Origin: Roseibacillus sp.
Lineage (GTDB): Bacteria > Verrucomicrobiota > Verrucomicrobiia > Verrucomicrobiales > Akkermansiaceae
Assembly (NCBI GenBank): GCA_051251855.1
Contig: JBPOGI010000004.1
Span: 1 to 64,000 of the forward strand
Reading direction: 5' to 3'
DNA length: 64,000 nt
The notes under the pieces were generated by a model. That model saw only the letters and a list, made by a program, of their open reading frames with translations. It did not search any database and had not been told where the DNA came from. Each line of letters opens with the position of its first letter. Positions within the stretch are counted from its first letter, which is position 1. Below are positions 18,878-28,864 of the stretch, piece after piece. A program made the position numbers and the translations under genes.

Positions 18878-21561
18878 GATTCCCCCTGACAACAACGCTA
18901 TGGGCCTTCTTTTTTATACTGCCCCTCTCCGCTCAAGAACCCCAAGCCACAGCCCTCACTACGTCTGAGCGAGTGAGTAAAGACAACCTCACCCTAGTAG
19001 AGGCAAGAATCAAGGGCGCTCTTCAATCAAGCTACCTCACCTCCACCGAACAAGTATACGAATCCAACTCTAAAACCCCGCAAGCCAATCTTGAAGGTTT
19101 TCACAACGAGATTCAATCCATTCTCAAAACCTCCTGCCTCGAATGCCACGGCCCCGACAAACAGAAGGCCAAATTCCGAGTCGACACCCTCGACCCTGAC
19201 ATCATCAATGGCGACGACGCAGACTGGTGGTTAGAAATCATGGACGTGGTGAGCAATGGCGAGATGCCTCCTGACGACGCCCCTGCAATGCCCGACGAGG
19301 ATCGCAAAAAGACCATCACCTGGCTTTCCACCGAAATCCAACGCGCTTCCCAAGCCCGCCGCACCGAACAAGGACACTCCTCCTTTCGGCGCATGACTCG
19401 CTACGAGTATAACTACGCCCTGCAAGACCTCTTGGGGCTGCCCTTTGATTTCGCCTCCGATCTTCCACCCGACCCCGTCTCAGAAGAAGGCTTCAGCAAC
19501 AGCTCGGAGATGCTTCACATGTCACCTAGGCAATATAGCACCTACCTCGAACTGAATCGGAAGGCCCTCCAGCGCGCCACCGTGCGAGGAGAACGTCCCG
19601 CAATGATTTACTGGGGAGTCTCCTCCGAAGAAGCGGCCAAGAAAAAATTCATTCAGCTCGAAAAAGCCCGCACAAAGCCAGACCACCTCACCAAGAAGAC
19701 CGAAAAAAAAGAAAGCAAAATTCTGGAAATGGCTCACTACCGCGACAACCGCACCGGCGAAGTCGCTCCTGCAGGTTGGTATTTCCGCAAGGCTCTCCAA
19801 GCTTGGCCCTATCAAGACACTCTCCCCGAAGTTCCTCAGGCTTCTACCGACTTCACTGGCGTCCTCCCCGCAGGGCAAAAGGTGATCGTTGAGTTGGGAA
19901 ATCGCATTCCCGATGAAGGAAAACTTCGAGTGAGAGTGCGCGCCTCACGGGTTTCTCGTGAGCCGTCCCTCACCCCAAGTCTTGCCCTCATCTTCGGCTG
20001 GCAAGGCAACAACAACTCCAAAGCCGCCGTCAGAGTCAGCGAACAAGACCTCACTCTCAACGGTGTTCCGGAAGAAGCGCAATTCTATCAGTGGGAGATT
20101 CCCCTCAGTGAAATCTACCCCCGCAACCCTGAACGGAAGCGCGTCGAAATGGGGAGCCACAAACTCACCAACCCTTCGGAGTATATCCAATTGCAAAACA
20201 CCGCTCTCACCCCCGGAGCTGACCTCCACTTCGACTACGTCGAGGTCTCCGCTCCCGTCTACGACCAATGGCCTCCTGTCTCGCACAATCGAATCTTTAT
20301 CGAAAGCGAAAACACCGCTGACGAGAACGTCTATGCCCGAGAAATCATCGCCAACTTCATGCAGCGAGCTTGGCGCGGCCAAGTGAGTGAAGATGAGATT
20401 GACCGCAAAGCAGCTTACTTTGATCGTATTCGTCCCACCTGTGACGACTTTCGAGAAGCCATCATCGAGACTCTCGCCACCGTCCTCTCCTCTCCCCGTT
20501 TCCTCTACTTGGTTCAATCCGAGTCTTCTGCCTCAGAGACGAGCCAATCTCTCGACCCTTTCCAACTCGCCACCCGCCTTTCCATGTTCCTCTGGTGCAG
20601 CACGCCTGACCAAGAACTCATCACTCTCGCCGCCAGCGGCAAACTCACCGAGGAAAAAGAACTCATTCGCCAGACCCAACGCATGCTCACCGATCCACGC
20701 CACGATCGATTTTCCCAACAGTTCGTCCGACAATGGCTGGGTCTTTCATTGCTCGACTATCTCGTTGTGAGCAGAGAGGATTACCCCGACTTTGATGGCA
20801 CTCTGAAAGCCGCGCTTCAAGAAGAGCCCATCGCCTTTTTCGAGGAAGTGCTCCAAAAAAATCACAGCGTCATCGACTTCCTCCACGCGGACTACCTCCT
20901 CGTCAATCAACGCCTGGCCCAGCACTACGGACTCCCCGCTATCACTGGCAACCACTTCCGCCGCGTCCCCCTCCCCCCCAAAAGCCCACGGGGCGGACTC
21001 GTCACCCAGGCCGGTCTTCTCGCCATGAATTCCGACGGTAAAGACTCCCACCCCCTCAAGCGTGGAGTTTGGCTGTTAGAGAGTATTCTCAATGCCCCTC
21101 CCCCACCCCCTCCGCCAGCGGTTCCGGAAATCGACCTCACCGATCCGGAGATTGCCAAGCTCACTCTCAAGCAGCGCATCGAACAACACCGCGACGACCC
21201 CGCCTGCCACTCATGCCATGCCAAAATCGATCCTTGGGGCATCGCCTTCGAAAATTTTGATGCCACTGGTAGTTGGCGGGATGAAATCAAAGGAGCTCCC
21301 GTCGATGCCAGTAGCCGACTCTTCAACGAACAAGAACTCGACGGAGCCGAGGGCCTCAAACGTTTCCTGCTAGAAAATCGCCAAGACCAATTCGTGCGAG
21401 CCCTTGTGCACAAGCTCTCCACCTATGCCCTCGGACGCCCCCTTTCCTTCAGCGACCGCGCCCACCTCGACGAAATCACAGCCCAACTCCGCCAAGAAGG
21501 AGATGGACTCGGCGACCTCATTAAGTTCATAGTCATCAGTGAACTTTTCCGCAGTCATTGA
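18874..21561 (+). CDS. DUF1592/DUF1588/DUF1587/DUF1595/DUF1585 protein with Planctomycete-type cytochrome c domain
   Basis: Signal peptide; CLECHG...GEMPP cytochrome domain; RRMTRYEYNYALQDLLG, LATRLSMFLW, RGGLVTQAG, HPLKRGVW, CHSCHAKIDPWG and YALGR motifs. ATGA overlap with the rarA stop. Confidence 0.9.
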   Translation: MRFPLTTTLWAFFFILPLSAQEPQATALTTSERVSKDNLTLVEARIKGALQSSYLTSTEQVYESNSKTPQANLEGFHNEIQSILKTSCLECHGPDKQKAKFRVDTLDPDIINGDDADWWLEIMDVVSNGEMPPDDAPAMPDEDRKKTITWLSTEIQRASQARRTEQGHSSFRRMTRYEYNYALQDLLGLPFDFASDLPPDPVSEEGFSNSSEMLHMSPRQYSTYLELNRKALQRATVRGERPAMIYWGVSSEEAAKKKFIQLEKARTKPDHLTKKTEKKESKILEMAHYRDNRTGEVAPAGWYFRKALQAWPYQDTLPEVPQASTDFTGVLPAGQKVIVELGNRIPDEGKLRVRVRASRVSREPSLTPSLALIFGWQGNNNSKAAVRVSEQDLTLNGVPEEAQFYQWEIPLSEIYPRNPERKRVEMGSHKLTNPSEYIQLQNTALTPGADLHFDYVEVSAPVYDQWPPVSHNRIFIESENTADENVYAREIIANFMQRAWRGQVSEDEIDRKAAYFDRIRPTCDDFREAIIETLATVLSSPRFLYLVQSESSASETSQSLDPFQLATRLSMFLWCSTPDQELITLAASGKLTEEKELIRQTQRMLTDPRHDRFSQQFVRQWLGLSLLDYLVVSREDYPDFDGTLKAALQEEPIAFFEEVLQKNHSVIDFLHADYLLVNQRLAQHYGLPAITGNHFRRVPLPPKSPRGGLVTQAGLLAMNSDGKDSHPLKRGVWLLESILNAPPPPPPPAVPEIDLTDPEIAKLTLKQRIEQHRDDPACHSCHAKIDPWGIAFENFDATGSWRDEIKGAPVDASSRLFNEQELDGAEGLKRFLLENRQDQFVRALVHKLSTYALGRPLSFSDRAHLDEITAQLRQEGDGLGDLIKFIVISELFRSH

Positions 21562-21598
21562 GGTTTTCATCAGAACCTAAAACCAAAGCAAAAAAATC

Positions 21599-22996
21599 AT
21601 GAGTCAAATCAATCGTAGAAAGTTCATCCGCGGAACCGGCTACGCCCTTGCCCTGCCCTGGCTCGAGACCTTTGCCTCCCAAGCCAGCGCAGCCGAACGC
21701 TCGGGAGTCAAAAATCGCAAACGCTTTGCCTCCTTCTATCTCCCCAACGGAGTGCCCATGCCTCTCGCCGAAGACCCTGCGCATGCGGACTGGAGCTGGT
21801 TCCCACACGGAGGCCGCACTGACTTCTCCCTCACCAAATGCCTCGACCCACTCGAGTCGTTGCGCAAAGACCTTACCATCATTTCCGGCATGTCTCACCC
21901 CTCGGTGAGAAACGTGCACGGTCATTCCAACGCCGACCAATTTCTCACCGGAGCCGACACCAGCGGCCGTGGCGACTACAAGAATTCCATCTCTCTCGAC
22001 CAAGTCTTTGCCGAACACATCGGGGAACAGACCCGCATCTCTTCCCTCGTCATGTCCACCGATGGCGGAGCCGGAACTCCACGCGGAGCGCACACCATCT
22101 CCTTTGGTCGCAACGGACGGGCCATTCCCGCCGAAAACAAACCCAAGCGCCTTTTTGACATGATGTTTGTCAAAAACGCCGGCGATGCAGCTCGTCGCCT
22201 CGCCCTCAGCAAAAGTGCCCTCGACGAACTCATAGAGGACGCTCGTTCCCTTCGAAAAGACCTCTCCGCCCACGACCAAAATACCCTCGACGAGTATCTC
22301 GACTCCGTGCGCAGCACCGAGACCAAAGTCACCAAAGCCTCACAGTGGCTCGACATCCCCCTTCCCAGCGTCAATGTCGACCACCTCAATCTCGACATCA
22401 CACCCGACGACCCTCGCGAATACATTCAGACCATGTATGAGCTCATCTACCTCGCCTTCAAAACCGACTCCACCCGAGTCGCCACCTACATGATCGGCAA
22501 AGAACTCGGCGATGGTATCAGTGACTACCTCGCCCGCGCGGTGGGACTCAACCTCACCCATAAACTCTCGCACGACACCACCAAGCCAGGCGGCTGGGAA
22601 GACTTCGGAGTTTACTGCCGCTTCCAAGCCGAAGAATTCAACCGCTTCGCCGCCCGCCTCAAAGCCACCCCCGAACCAGGCGGAGAAGGCAGCATGCTCG
22701 ACAACACCCTTCTCCTCTTCGGCTCCGCCTCCAGCGCCTTCCACCTCTCCCGCAACTATCCCCTCGTTCTCACCGGCGGAAAGAACATGGGCTTCAAGCA
22801 TGGCCAATTCCTCGACTACGCCCAAGGACACCACGTCGGCGGCGCTTGGTTCGGCGGCGATGACCCCGAGCCTTACAAGAAAAAGGCCGAACGCGAAGAC
22901 CTGCCCCTCTCCAACCTCTACCTCACCATGCTGCAACGTCTCGGCGTGGATACCGGATCCTTTGCCGACAGCACCGGCGAAGTATCGGAAGCTTAA
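21599..22996 (+). CDS. DUF1552 domain protein with Tat signal
   Basis: Twin-arginine signal INRRKFIRGTGYALALPWLE; YLPNG, ISLDQ, LDEYLDSVR, DSTRVAT and LDNTLLLFGS motifs; usual partner of DUF1592 genes. Confidence 0.92.
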   Translation: MSQINRRKFIRGTGYALALPWLETFASQASAAERSGVKNRKRFASFYLPNGVPMPLAEDPAHADWSWFPHGGRTDFSLTKCLDPLESLRKDLTIISGMSHPSVRNVHGHSNADQFLTGADTSGRGDYKNSISLDQVFAEHIGEQTRISSLVMSTDGGAGTPRGAHTISFGRNGRAIPAENKPKRLFDMMFVKNAGDAARRLALSKSALDELIEDARSLRKDLSAHDQNTLDEYLDSVRSTETKVTKASQWLDIPLPSVNVDHLNLDITPDDPREYIQTMYELIYLAFKTDSTRVATYMIGKELGDGISDYLARAVGLNLTHKLSHDTTKPGGWEDFGVYCRFQAEEFNRFAARLKATPEPGGEGSMLDNTLLLFGSASSAFHLSRNYPLVLTGGKNMGFKHGQFLDYAQGHHVGGAWFGGDDPEPYKKKAEREDLPLSNLYLTMLQRLGVDTGSFADSTGEVSEA

Positions 22997-23158
22997 GGAA
23001 AGCCGATTCGCAAAAAAAGCCTTTAAGGGATTCTGAATGAGCCCCTTGTAGGAATCAGCCGACAAACACCTCCCTAAAGCGACTCCTCTCACAGCATCAA
23101 AATCATTGTGAGTTGGGAGAACCCGTGTATGGAAGCCCCTCACCTTTCCAACAATTCC

Positions 23159-23923
23159 ATGCAGCAACTCACCCCCCAAGGCCAAAACCTCATCAACGAC
23201 ATCGCAGGCCGCTACGGTCTCAGCTTCCAGTCTGCAGTCAACATGCTCATCTCGGTGAACAATGGCGGAGGCTCTATGGCTCAGTTTAGCATCCCCGAAC
23301 TCGGGAGTGGCCAGTGGATGAGCGGCGGCATGACCATGGTAGGCGACCTTTTCGACTACAATCTGAAGAACACCGTTAATAATCTTTGCGGCGAGCTCTC
23401 AAATATTCTTGCAAACAACCAAGTCTTCCAACCCCTTCCTAAAGGGGCGAATGGTGGCAACGGAAACAACTGGTGGCCCGGCGACCTTGGGTCTCCTTCC
23501 AGCAGTGGCTCCCAGAACAACATCCGCTACGCCTTCTTCCCTCAGACCAGACGGCTCGCCGTGCAGCGTGATGGCTCGGTGTCTCTCTTCGACACCTTGG
23601 ACCACAACATCAGCGGCGTGAGTCAGCAGCAAGGCGGCGACACCTCCCTGACCTTCTCCAGCCAATACGGCACCATCTCTTCTCTCAGCTTACCCCTCAT
23701 TTCCGGCCCCGGGTTTGCACCCGCTCCTTCTAACAACTTTGCAGCTCCGCAGGCTGCTCCGGCGCCACCCCTCGAGACAGCAACACAAGCCGCTGCAGTA
23801 GATGCCCAACAACAGGGCGACGTAATCACACTTTTGGAAAAGCTCGGTCAATTGCGCGATGCGGGAATTCTCTCACCCCAGGAGTTTGATGCCAAAAAAA
23901 GCGAACTTCTCGCGAGAATCTAA
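23159..23923 (+). CDS. Conserved protein with C-terminal SHOCT domain
   Basis: C-terminus LEKLGQLRDAGILSPQEFDAKKSELLARI is SHOCT; N-terminal MAQFSIPELGSGQWMSGGMTMVGD and WWPGDLGSPSSSGSQN blocks. Confidence 0.82.
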   Translation: MQQLTPQGQNLINDIAGRYGLSFQSAVNMLISVNNGGGSMAQFSIPELGSGQWMSGGMTMVGDLFDYNLKNTVNNLCGELSNILANNQVFQPLPKGANGGNGNNWWPGDLGSPSSSGSQNNIRYAFFPQTRRLAVQRDGSVSLFDTLDHNISGVSQQQGGDTSLTFSSQYGTISSLSLPLISGPGFAPAPSNNFAAPQAAPAPPLETATQAAAVDAQQQGDVITLLEKLGQLRDAGILSPQEFDAKKSELLARI

Positions 23924-24110
23924 CAAAGGTTCATCATCCCACTTCAAGCCATCTCTCCCACCTTCTATGGGGCCCCTCAACTTCTGACGGAACCGCCACG
24001 AGAAGGATCTCGTCCGAGTCCACCTCCAACTTCAGGGCTATCATATTGCCTAGGGAGCAAAAGACGCTCGCATCTTGCTTTTAAGAACAGCCTCCAACAG
24101 ACTGAAGTTC

Positions 24111-24716
24111 CTAGAAGAGAGCGGGCACCACTTCAAAGAACAGAAGGTAGTCGTGGATCGTGCTAGCCCAAAGGACGAGCCCAATAGCAATCCAAGTCCA
24201 ATTGGCAAACGTCAGCGTTCCGTTCGATTCTCCAAATCCTTCACCTGATGAGAGATTAGCTACTGACTGAGCTTTCCATAAAAACCAGCCAATGATGGGC
24301 AACGGCATCCAATAACCAATCTGAAGTAGCCAATTAAACTCAACTTCATCAATCAGCCGCGTGGCAACTCTATCGGCGATCGAAACAAGAACAAAAAAAG
24401 TCGCTATCACACTTAACCCCACCCGAGAGTCACCGCTCAACCGAGCTCTCGATTCAAAAGTCTCAAACAGCTTGTGAACAAAGAAAATGGAAAACAAAGA
24501 GCGCGCAACCGGCCAGAGATTTTCGCTAGTATTCGTGCGGTAGATCTGCCAATGCCGGTAGAACCAGTAGAGCTGGTAGGTCCCCATGGTTGCTAAGAAC
24601 AGAATCCAAAACTTCTTCCGAGAGACAAGATAGCAATGCTCTACTATTTCTCCCTGAGGACTCTCAAGCAAATCCGCCTGAGGGGCCTGATAAATTGAAT
24701 CAGCATTCTCGTTCAT
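24111..24716 (-). CDS. Hypothetical integral membrane protein (DUF4234-like)
   Basis: About 5 TM segments; TMGTYQLYWFYRHW motif; ATGA overlap with the dxr stop. Confidence 0.7.
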   Translation of the reverse strand: MNENADSIYQAPQADLLESPQGEIVEHCYLVSRKKFWILFLATMGTYQLYWFYRHWQIYRTNTSENLWPVARSLFSIFFVHKLFETFESRARLSGDSRVGLSVIATFFVLVSIADRVATRLIDEVEFNWLLQIGYWMPLPIIGWFLWKAQSVANLSSGEGFGESNGTLTFANWTWIAIGLVLWASTIHDYLLFFEVVPALF

Positions 24717-25885
24717 GCAATTTGAGCAATACCCGCCCTCGCTTTGTCACGAGCCTGCTGATCAGCTAACAGAATCTCTTCTAAGCTCTCACTTCCCCAA
24801 TCGGTCATCTGCTCCATGACCGACTCCACCACCTCTGTAATCCCTGTGAACGACAAACGCCCTTCGACAAACGCCTCCACCGCCACTTCATTCGCTGCAT
24901 TCAGAACCGCCGGCTGCGCCCCGCCAGCCAAACCCGCTTCCCGCGCCAAACGCACTGCAGGAAAAGCATCTTCCCTCACCGCCTCGAACTCCAACTTCGC
25001 CAACTCCGCAAAATCTAACGGTTTCAGTCCTGTCGCACAGCGCTCCGGCCACGTCACTGCATACTGAATCGGAAAACACATATCGGTCGTGCTCAACTGA
25101 GCCAAAACACTCCCGTCCAAATACTCCACCATGGAGTGCACAATACTCTGCGGATGCACAATCACATCAACCTTCTCCATGCCCACTCCAAAGAGCCAGC
25201 GTGCCTCAATCATCTCCAAGCCCTTGTTGAACATGGTCGCCGAATCGATGGTAATCTTTTGGCCCATCGTCCAGGTGGGATGCTTAAGCGCTTGCGCGAG
25301 AGTAACAGAAGATAACTTCTCCTTCTCCCAAGTCCGAAACGGCCCTCCCGAAGCGGTCAGAATCAAACGACTCACCGCCTCACACCGCTGCCCTTCGAGA
25401 CATTGAAAAATCGCATTGTGCTCACTGTCCACAGGAAGCACGTTGACTCCTTTTTCACGAGCAGCTGTCATCACGATCTCGCCCGCCATCACCAGAATTT
25501 CCTTACTCGCAATCGCTAGATCCTTTCCGGCTTCAATAGCAGCTAAGGTGGGCAAAAGTCCCGCGGTCCCCACGATGGAAACTAAAATCATATCCGCCTC
25601 TGTAAGCGTCGCGAGCTCTAACAACCCCTCCGCTCCTGTGCTCACGCGACCTTCCGGCAAGAATCTCTTCAGCTCCTCGCCTCGGCTTTCGTCATATATA
25701 CAGACATCATTCACCCCGAACTCTTTGGCCTGCGCCGCAAGCTCCGCACAACGAGTGCCTGCAGCCAAGCCAACGACCTGCATCTTATCCGGCCCCAGCT
25801 CACGCGCCACCTTAAGCGCACTCTCTCCAATCGACCCCGTCGAACCGAGAATCACCACCCGCTTACCCGCAAATTCCATCTTCAT
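24713..25885 (-). CDS. dxr: 1-deoxy-D-xylulose-5-phosphate reductoisomerase
   Basis: LGSTGSIG, LPVDSEHNAIFQ, LTASGGPFR, HPTWTMGQKITIDSATMFNKGLEMIEA and NAANE motifs. Confidence 0.98.
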   Translation of the reverse strand: MKMEFAGKRVVILGSTGSIGESALKVARELGPDKMQVVGLAAGTRCAELAAQAKEFGVNDVCIYDESRGEELKRFLPEGRVSTGAEGLLELATLTEADMILVSIVGTAGLLPTLAAIEAGKDLAIASKEILVMAGEIVMTAAREKGVNVLPVDSEHNAIFQCLEGQRCEAVSRLILTASGGPFRTWEKEKLSSVTLAQALKHPTWTMGQKITIDSATMFNKGLEMIEARWLFGVGMEKVDVIVHPQSIVHSMVEYLDGSVLAQLSTTDMCFPIQYAVTWPERCATGLKPLDFAELAKLEFEAVREDAFPAVRLAREAGLAGGAQPAVLNAANEVAVEAFVEGRLSFTGITEVVESVMEQMTDWGSESLEEILLADQQARDKARAGIAQIA

Positions 25886-26782
25886 TTAGGTCGCCAATTT
25901 CAAGAAAATCCAAGCCAACGGCACCGTGAAGGCAATGCTGTCAATCAGGTCTAGAATGCCACCAATTCCAGGAAGAACATGGCCCGAGTCTTTGGCCGCC
26001 AGACTGCGCTTAAGCAAAGATTCTGCCAAATCTCCAGCCACCGCACCCAAGGCAATGACAAGGCCTAGTAACGCTAAAACCCAACCTTGAGGCAGCCACG
26101 CCAATTCGTCTTTCTCACCGAGAGTTGCAGCCCAGCGAACAATCCAAATACCCGCCTGCGAAACGAACAAAGCTCCAATGAAACCTTCCCAAGTTTTACC
26201 TGGGCTAATGTGGGCAATCATCTTGGTTTTCCCAACCAAGCTTCCCACGGCATAGGCTCCCATATCTGTAAACTTCGTCGCCGCAATCACCATCAGCATG
26301 AACCACTGCCCCTGCCGGGCGGTCTCGGGCCCCGAGTTTGCCAAACGCATCAACCCTCCCCCAAACATCAGCCCCAGAAATACCAACCCCAACACCGCCA
26401 CCGAGACGGAGACGATGGCCTCACTTCCCTCAATCGGTCTCCGAAAGCGCACCCCAAAGCTGCCCATCACCACAAACAGAATCGCCATCCACTCAGCATC
26501 CTCCGCCACATGCTCATTACTACTGAGCGAATAGACCCACCAACCGAGATAGCCAGCCCCAACCAGAATCATCCACCACAGACACCAATCGTCAGCCTGA
26601 CCTTTCCAGAGCTTCCTCCACTCCAAAAGCCCCAACACTGCCAAAACAGCAATTGCAACCCCCACCGCAATGGCATTGGCACTTACAAACACGCCAATGA
26701 CCAAGCCCCAAATCACTAGGGTGCTCAGAAGCCGCCGCCCAAAAACCTTGGACTTGGTGTCTTTTTCTTTTTCGTTAGCCAC
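25886..26782 (-). CDS. cdsA: Phosphatidate cytidylyltransferase
   Basis: DMGAYAVG, ISPGKTWEG and GDLAESLLKR...KDSGHVLPGIGGILDLIDS signature; adjacent to dxr. Confidence 0.95.
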   Translation of the reverse strand: MANEKEKDTKSKVFGRRLLSTLVIWGLVIGVFVSANAIAVGVAIAVLAVLGLLEWRKLWKGQADDWCLWWMILVGAGYLGWWVYSLSSNEHVAEDAEWMAILFVVMGSFGVRFRRPIEGSEAIVSVSVAVLGLVFLGLMFGGGLMRLANSGPETARQGQWFMLMVIAATKFTDMGAYAVGSLVGKTKMIAHISPGKTWEGFIGALFVSQAGIWIVRWAATLGEKDELAWLPQGWVLALLGLVIALGAVAGDLAESLLKRSLAAKDSGHVLPGIGGILDLIDSIAFTVPLAWIFLKLAT

Positions 26783-26864
26783 TCTTCCCCTAGTCCACCC
26801 TACCCAACGCTGAGGAGCAACGGAAAAGCGTGTTTCGAGACGACTTCAAATCGCCATCATAGAA

Positions 26865-27101
26865 CTAGGCTTTTGCCGTAATCATCGTCAACAGCTCATC
26901 TTTCAAATGAAGACGCTCACGACGAAGACCATTCAACACCTCATCCTCCGTATTTTCAGCCCCCGTTTCGATACGATGAATTTCATCATTAATCTCATGA
27001 TATTGGTCGAAAAGACGACGAAAGTGGTTATCGCCCACTTTCAATTCGTGAATACGCTCTTTATGCTCAGGGAATTCGTGGAGAAGATCGTGTTTTTGCA
27101 T
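26865..27101 (-). CDS. YdcH/DUF465 family small coiled-coil protein
   Basis: EFPE...IHELK..DNHFRRLFDQYHEI...LRRERLHLKDEL pattern. Confidence 0.88.
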   Translation of the reverse strand: MQKHDLLHEFPEHKERIHELKVGDNHFRRLFDQYHEINDEIHRIETGAENTEDEVLNGLRRERLHLKDELLTMITAKA

Positions 27102-27324
27102 ACGAGGCAATCTTCCCTTGATTCCCACTTCAGCCAACCCTTGAGTAAGATTCGCGCCAACAATAGCAAAATCCGAACAAGCACTGGGCTCTTTCCCATC
27201 TCCCTCGGTGTTTCCGCTCTCAATTCGACCTGAAAAAGAAAAATCGAATCAACGCAACTTTTCCCACGTCAGGTTGTTTGATGACTTGAACGCAATTCGT
27301 TCGAATCTGAAACAAAACAACTCT

Positions 27325-27816
27325 ATGAAAAAGACACTATTGATTGTAGCTGGCATTCTCGCCCCCCTCGCCCTTCAAGCTGAGCCTACCGAAGGCAAAG
27401 AAAAAGGCCCCCGCGGAGAACGCAAAGGCCCTTCTGCTGAAATCATTGCCAAATTCGATACCGACGGTGACGGCAAACTCAACGAAGAAGAGCGCAAGGC
27501 CGCTGGCGACGCTCGCAAAGCTGAAGGTGAGAAAAGACGTGCCGAAATGCTTGAGAAGTTCGACACCGATAAAGACGGCAAACTGAGCCCAGAAGAGCGC
27601 AAAGCCGCTATGCTTTCACGCTTCGATGCAGACGGTGACGGCGAGCTCAACGAAGCGGAAAAGGCCGAGATGAAGAAAGCCATGCAAGAGCGTCGCGCCC
27701 AAGGCGGACCTCGTGGCGAAGGGAGAGGCCGTCCCGGCAAAGGCGAAGGCAAGGGAGAAGGCAAAGGCCCTAAGGGACCAAAAGGCCCCAAAAAGGAAGA
27801 AGAAGCAGGCGAGTAA
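27325..27816 (+). CDS. Secreted EF-hand calcium-binding protein
   Basis: Signal peptide MKKTLLIVAGILAPLALQA; three EF-hand loops (DTDGDGKLNEEE, DTDKDGKLSPEE, DADGDGELNEAE); G/K/P-rich tail. Confidence 0.9.
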   Translation: MKKTLLIVAGILAPLALQAEPTEGKEKGPRGERKGPSAEIIAKFDTDGDGKLNEEERKAAGDARKAEGEKRRAEMLEKFDTDKDGKLSPEERKAAMLSRFDADGDGELNEAEKAEMKKAMQERRAQGGPRGEGRGRPGKGEGKGEGKGPKGPKGPKKEEEAGE

Positions 27817-27844
27817 GCCTTTCCCCTCCTTAGTTTAAACTCTC

Positions 27845-27872
27845 AAAGAGCCTCTACGGAGGCTCTTTTTTT
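27845..27872 (+). terminator. Rho-independent terminator
   Basis: AAAGAGCCTC-TACG-GAGGCTCTTT-TTTT: perfect stem, UNCG loop, U tract. Confidence 0.9.
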
Positions 27873-27983
27873 GGACCTCCCCTCTCATTCAAGGCTCCCC
27901 ACCGAATAGGAGGGTCGATTTCAATCGTTCACAGTCAGAGGCCTGAAACCTAGCAGACTCGACCTTTGAATTCCTCTCACGCC

Positions 27984-28814
27984 CTACTTTGCCAACCAAC
28001 CTAACCCCTTCAGGAAAATTTCGATACTCAGCATCGACTTACTGAACCAAGGGTCACGATAATGAAAAGCGTGGGGCGCTTGCTCCGCCTCCAAGAATTC
28101 GAAAGCTACCCCTTTTTTCTTCATTTCATCGCGAAAAGCCTGCGCCGTCCGAATCGGCACTAAAATATCCTTTGTCCCATGCCCAATCCAAGTCGGAGGA
28201 GCATCCGCGCACAAATGATGAATCGGAGACACCGCCCTCGGTTCCGCCCCCACTGATCGAGCAGTCAGCCAATACTTCACCCCAAAATCATCGCCCTCGA
28301 ACGGAGCTAGCATCAAAGGCGGATTAAAGAGCAGCAACGCATTCGGCTTCTCCTCATTCCCGAACCCCGGCACCAGAGCTGCACAAGCCGCAATATGCCC
28401 CCCAGCCGAAGCACCTCCCGCCGCAATTCTATCCGGGTCTACTCCCAAGCGTTTCGCATTCGCTCGCGTCCAGGCCACCGCCGCCTTCGCGTCAGTGACA
28501 CAATCTGCAATCTTTGCCCCATGTCGATTCGCCACCCGATAATCCGCCAATAGACAAACCATCCCCTTCCCCGCCAAATATCTCGCGTGCCGCAACAGAC
28601 TATCCGGTGACCCAAACCGCCACCCCCCACCGAAGAAAAGCACCACCGCCGGCTTTGCCTCCTCCGCAACTTTCTCCCCCACGATCCAAACTTTCAGCTC
28701 CACCTCATCCACCTCGCGATAAGTCTCCACCCGCGCATCCTTGATCACCGGCGGATACGCCCCTTGCAAAACAAGAGCGCTCAATAGGAATATGAGAGCT
28801 ACAAACTGAGTCAT
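27984..28814 (-). CDS. Secreted alpha/beta hydrolase (HSL-like esterase)
   Basis: FFGGGW oxyanion motif, GASAGG nucleophile elbow, HGTKD..VP and catalytic His in APHAF. Confidence 0.9.
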   Translation of the reverse strand: MTQFVALIFLLSALVLQGAYPPVIKDARVETYREVDEVELKVWIVGEKVAEEAKPAVVLFFGGGWRFGSPDSLLRHARYLAGKGMVCLLADYRVANRHGAKIADCVTDAKAAVAWTRANAKRLGVDPDRIAAGGASAGGHIAACAALVPGFGNEEKPNALLLFNPPLMLAPFEGDDFGVKYWLTARSVGAEPRAVSPIHHLCADAPPTWIGHGTKDILVPIRTAQAFRDEMKKKGVAFEFLEAEQAPHAFHYRDPWFSKSMLSIEIFLKGLGWLAK

Positions 28815-28864
28815 AACTTTCACAGCATTGTCCAAATTGAGAAAAATTCCAGCGAAAGAATCCT

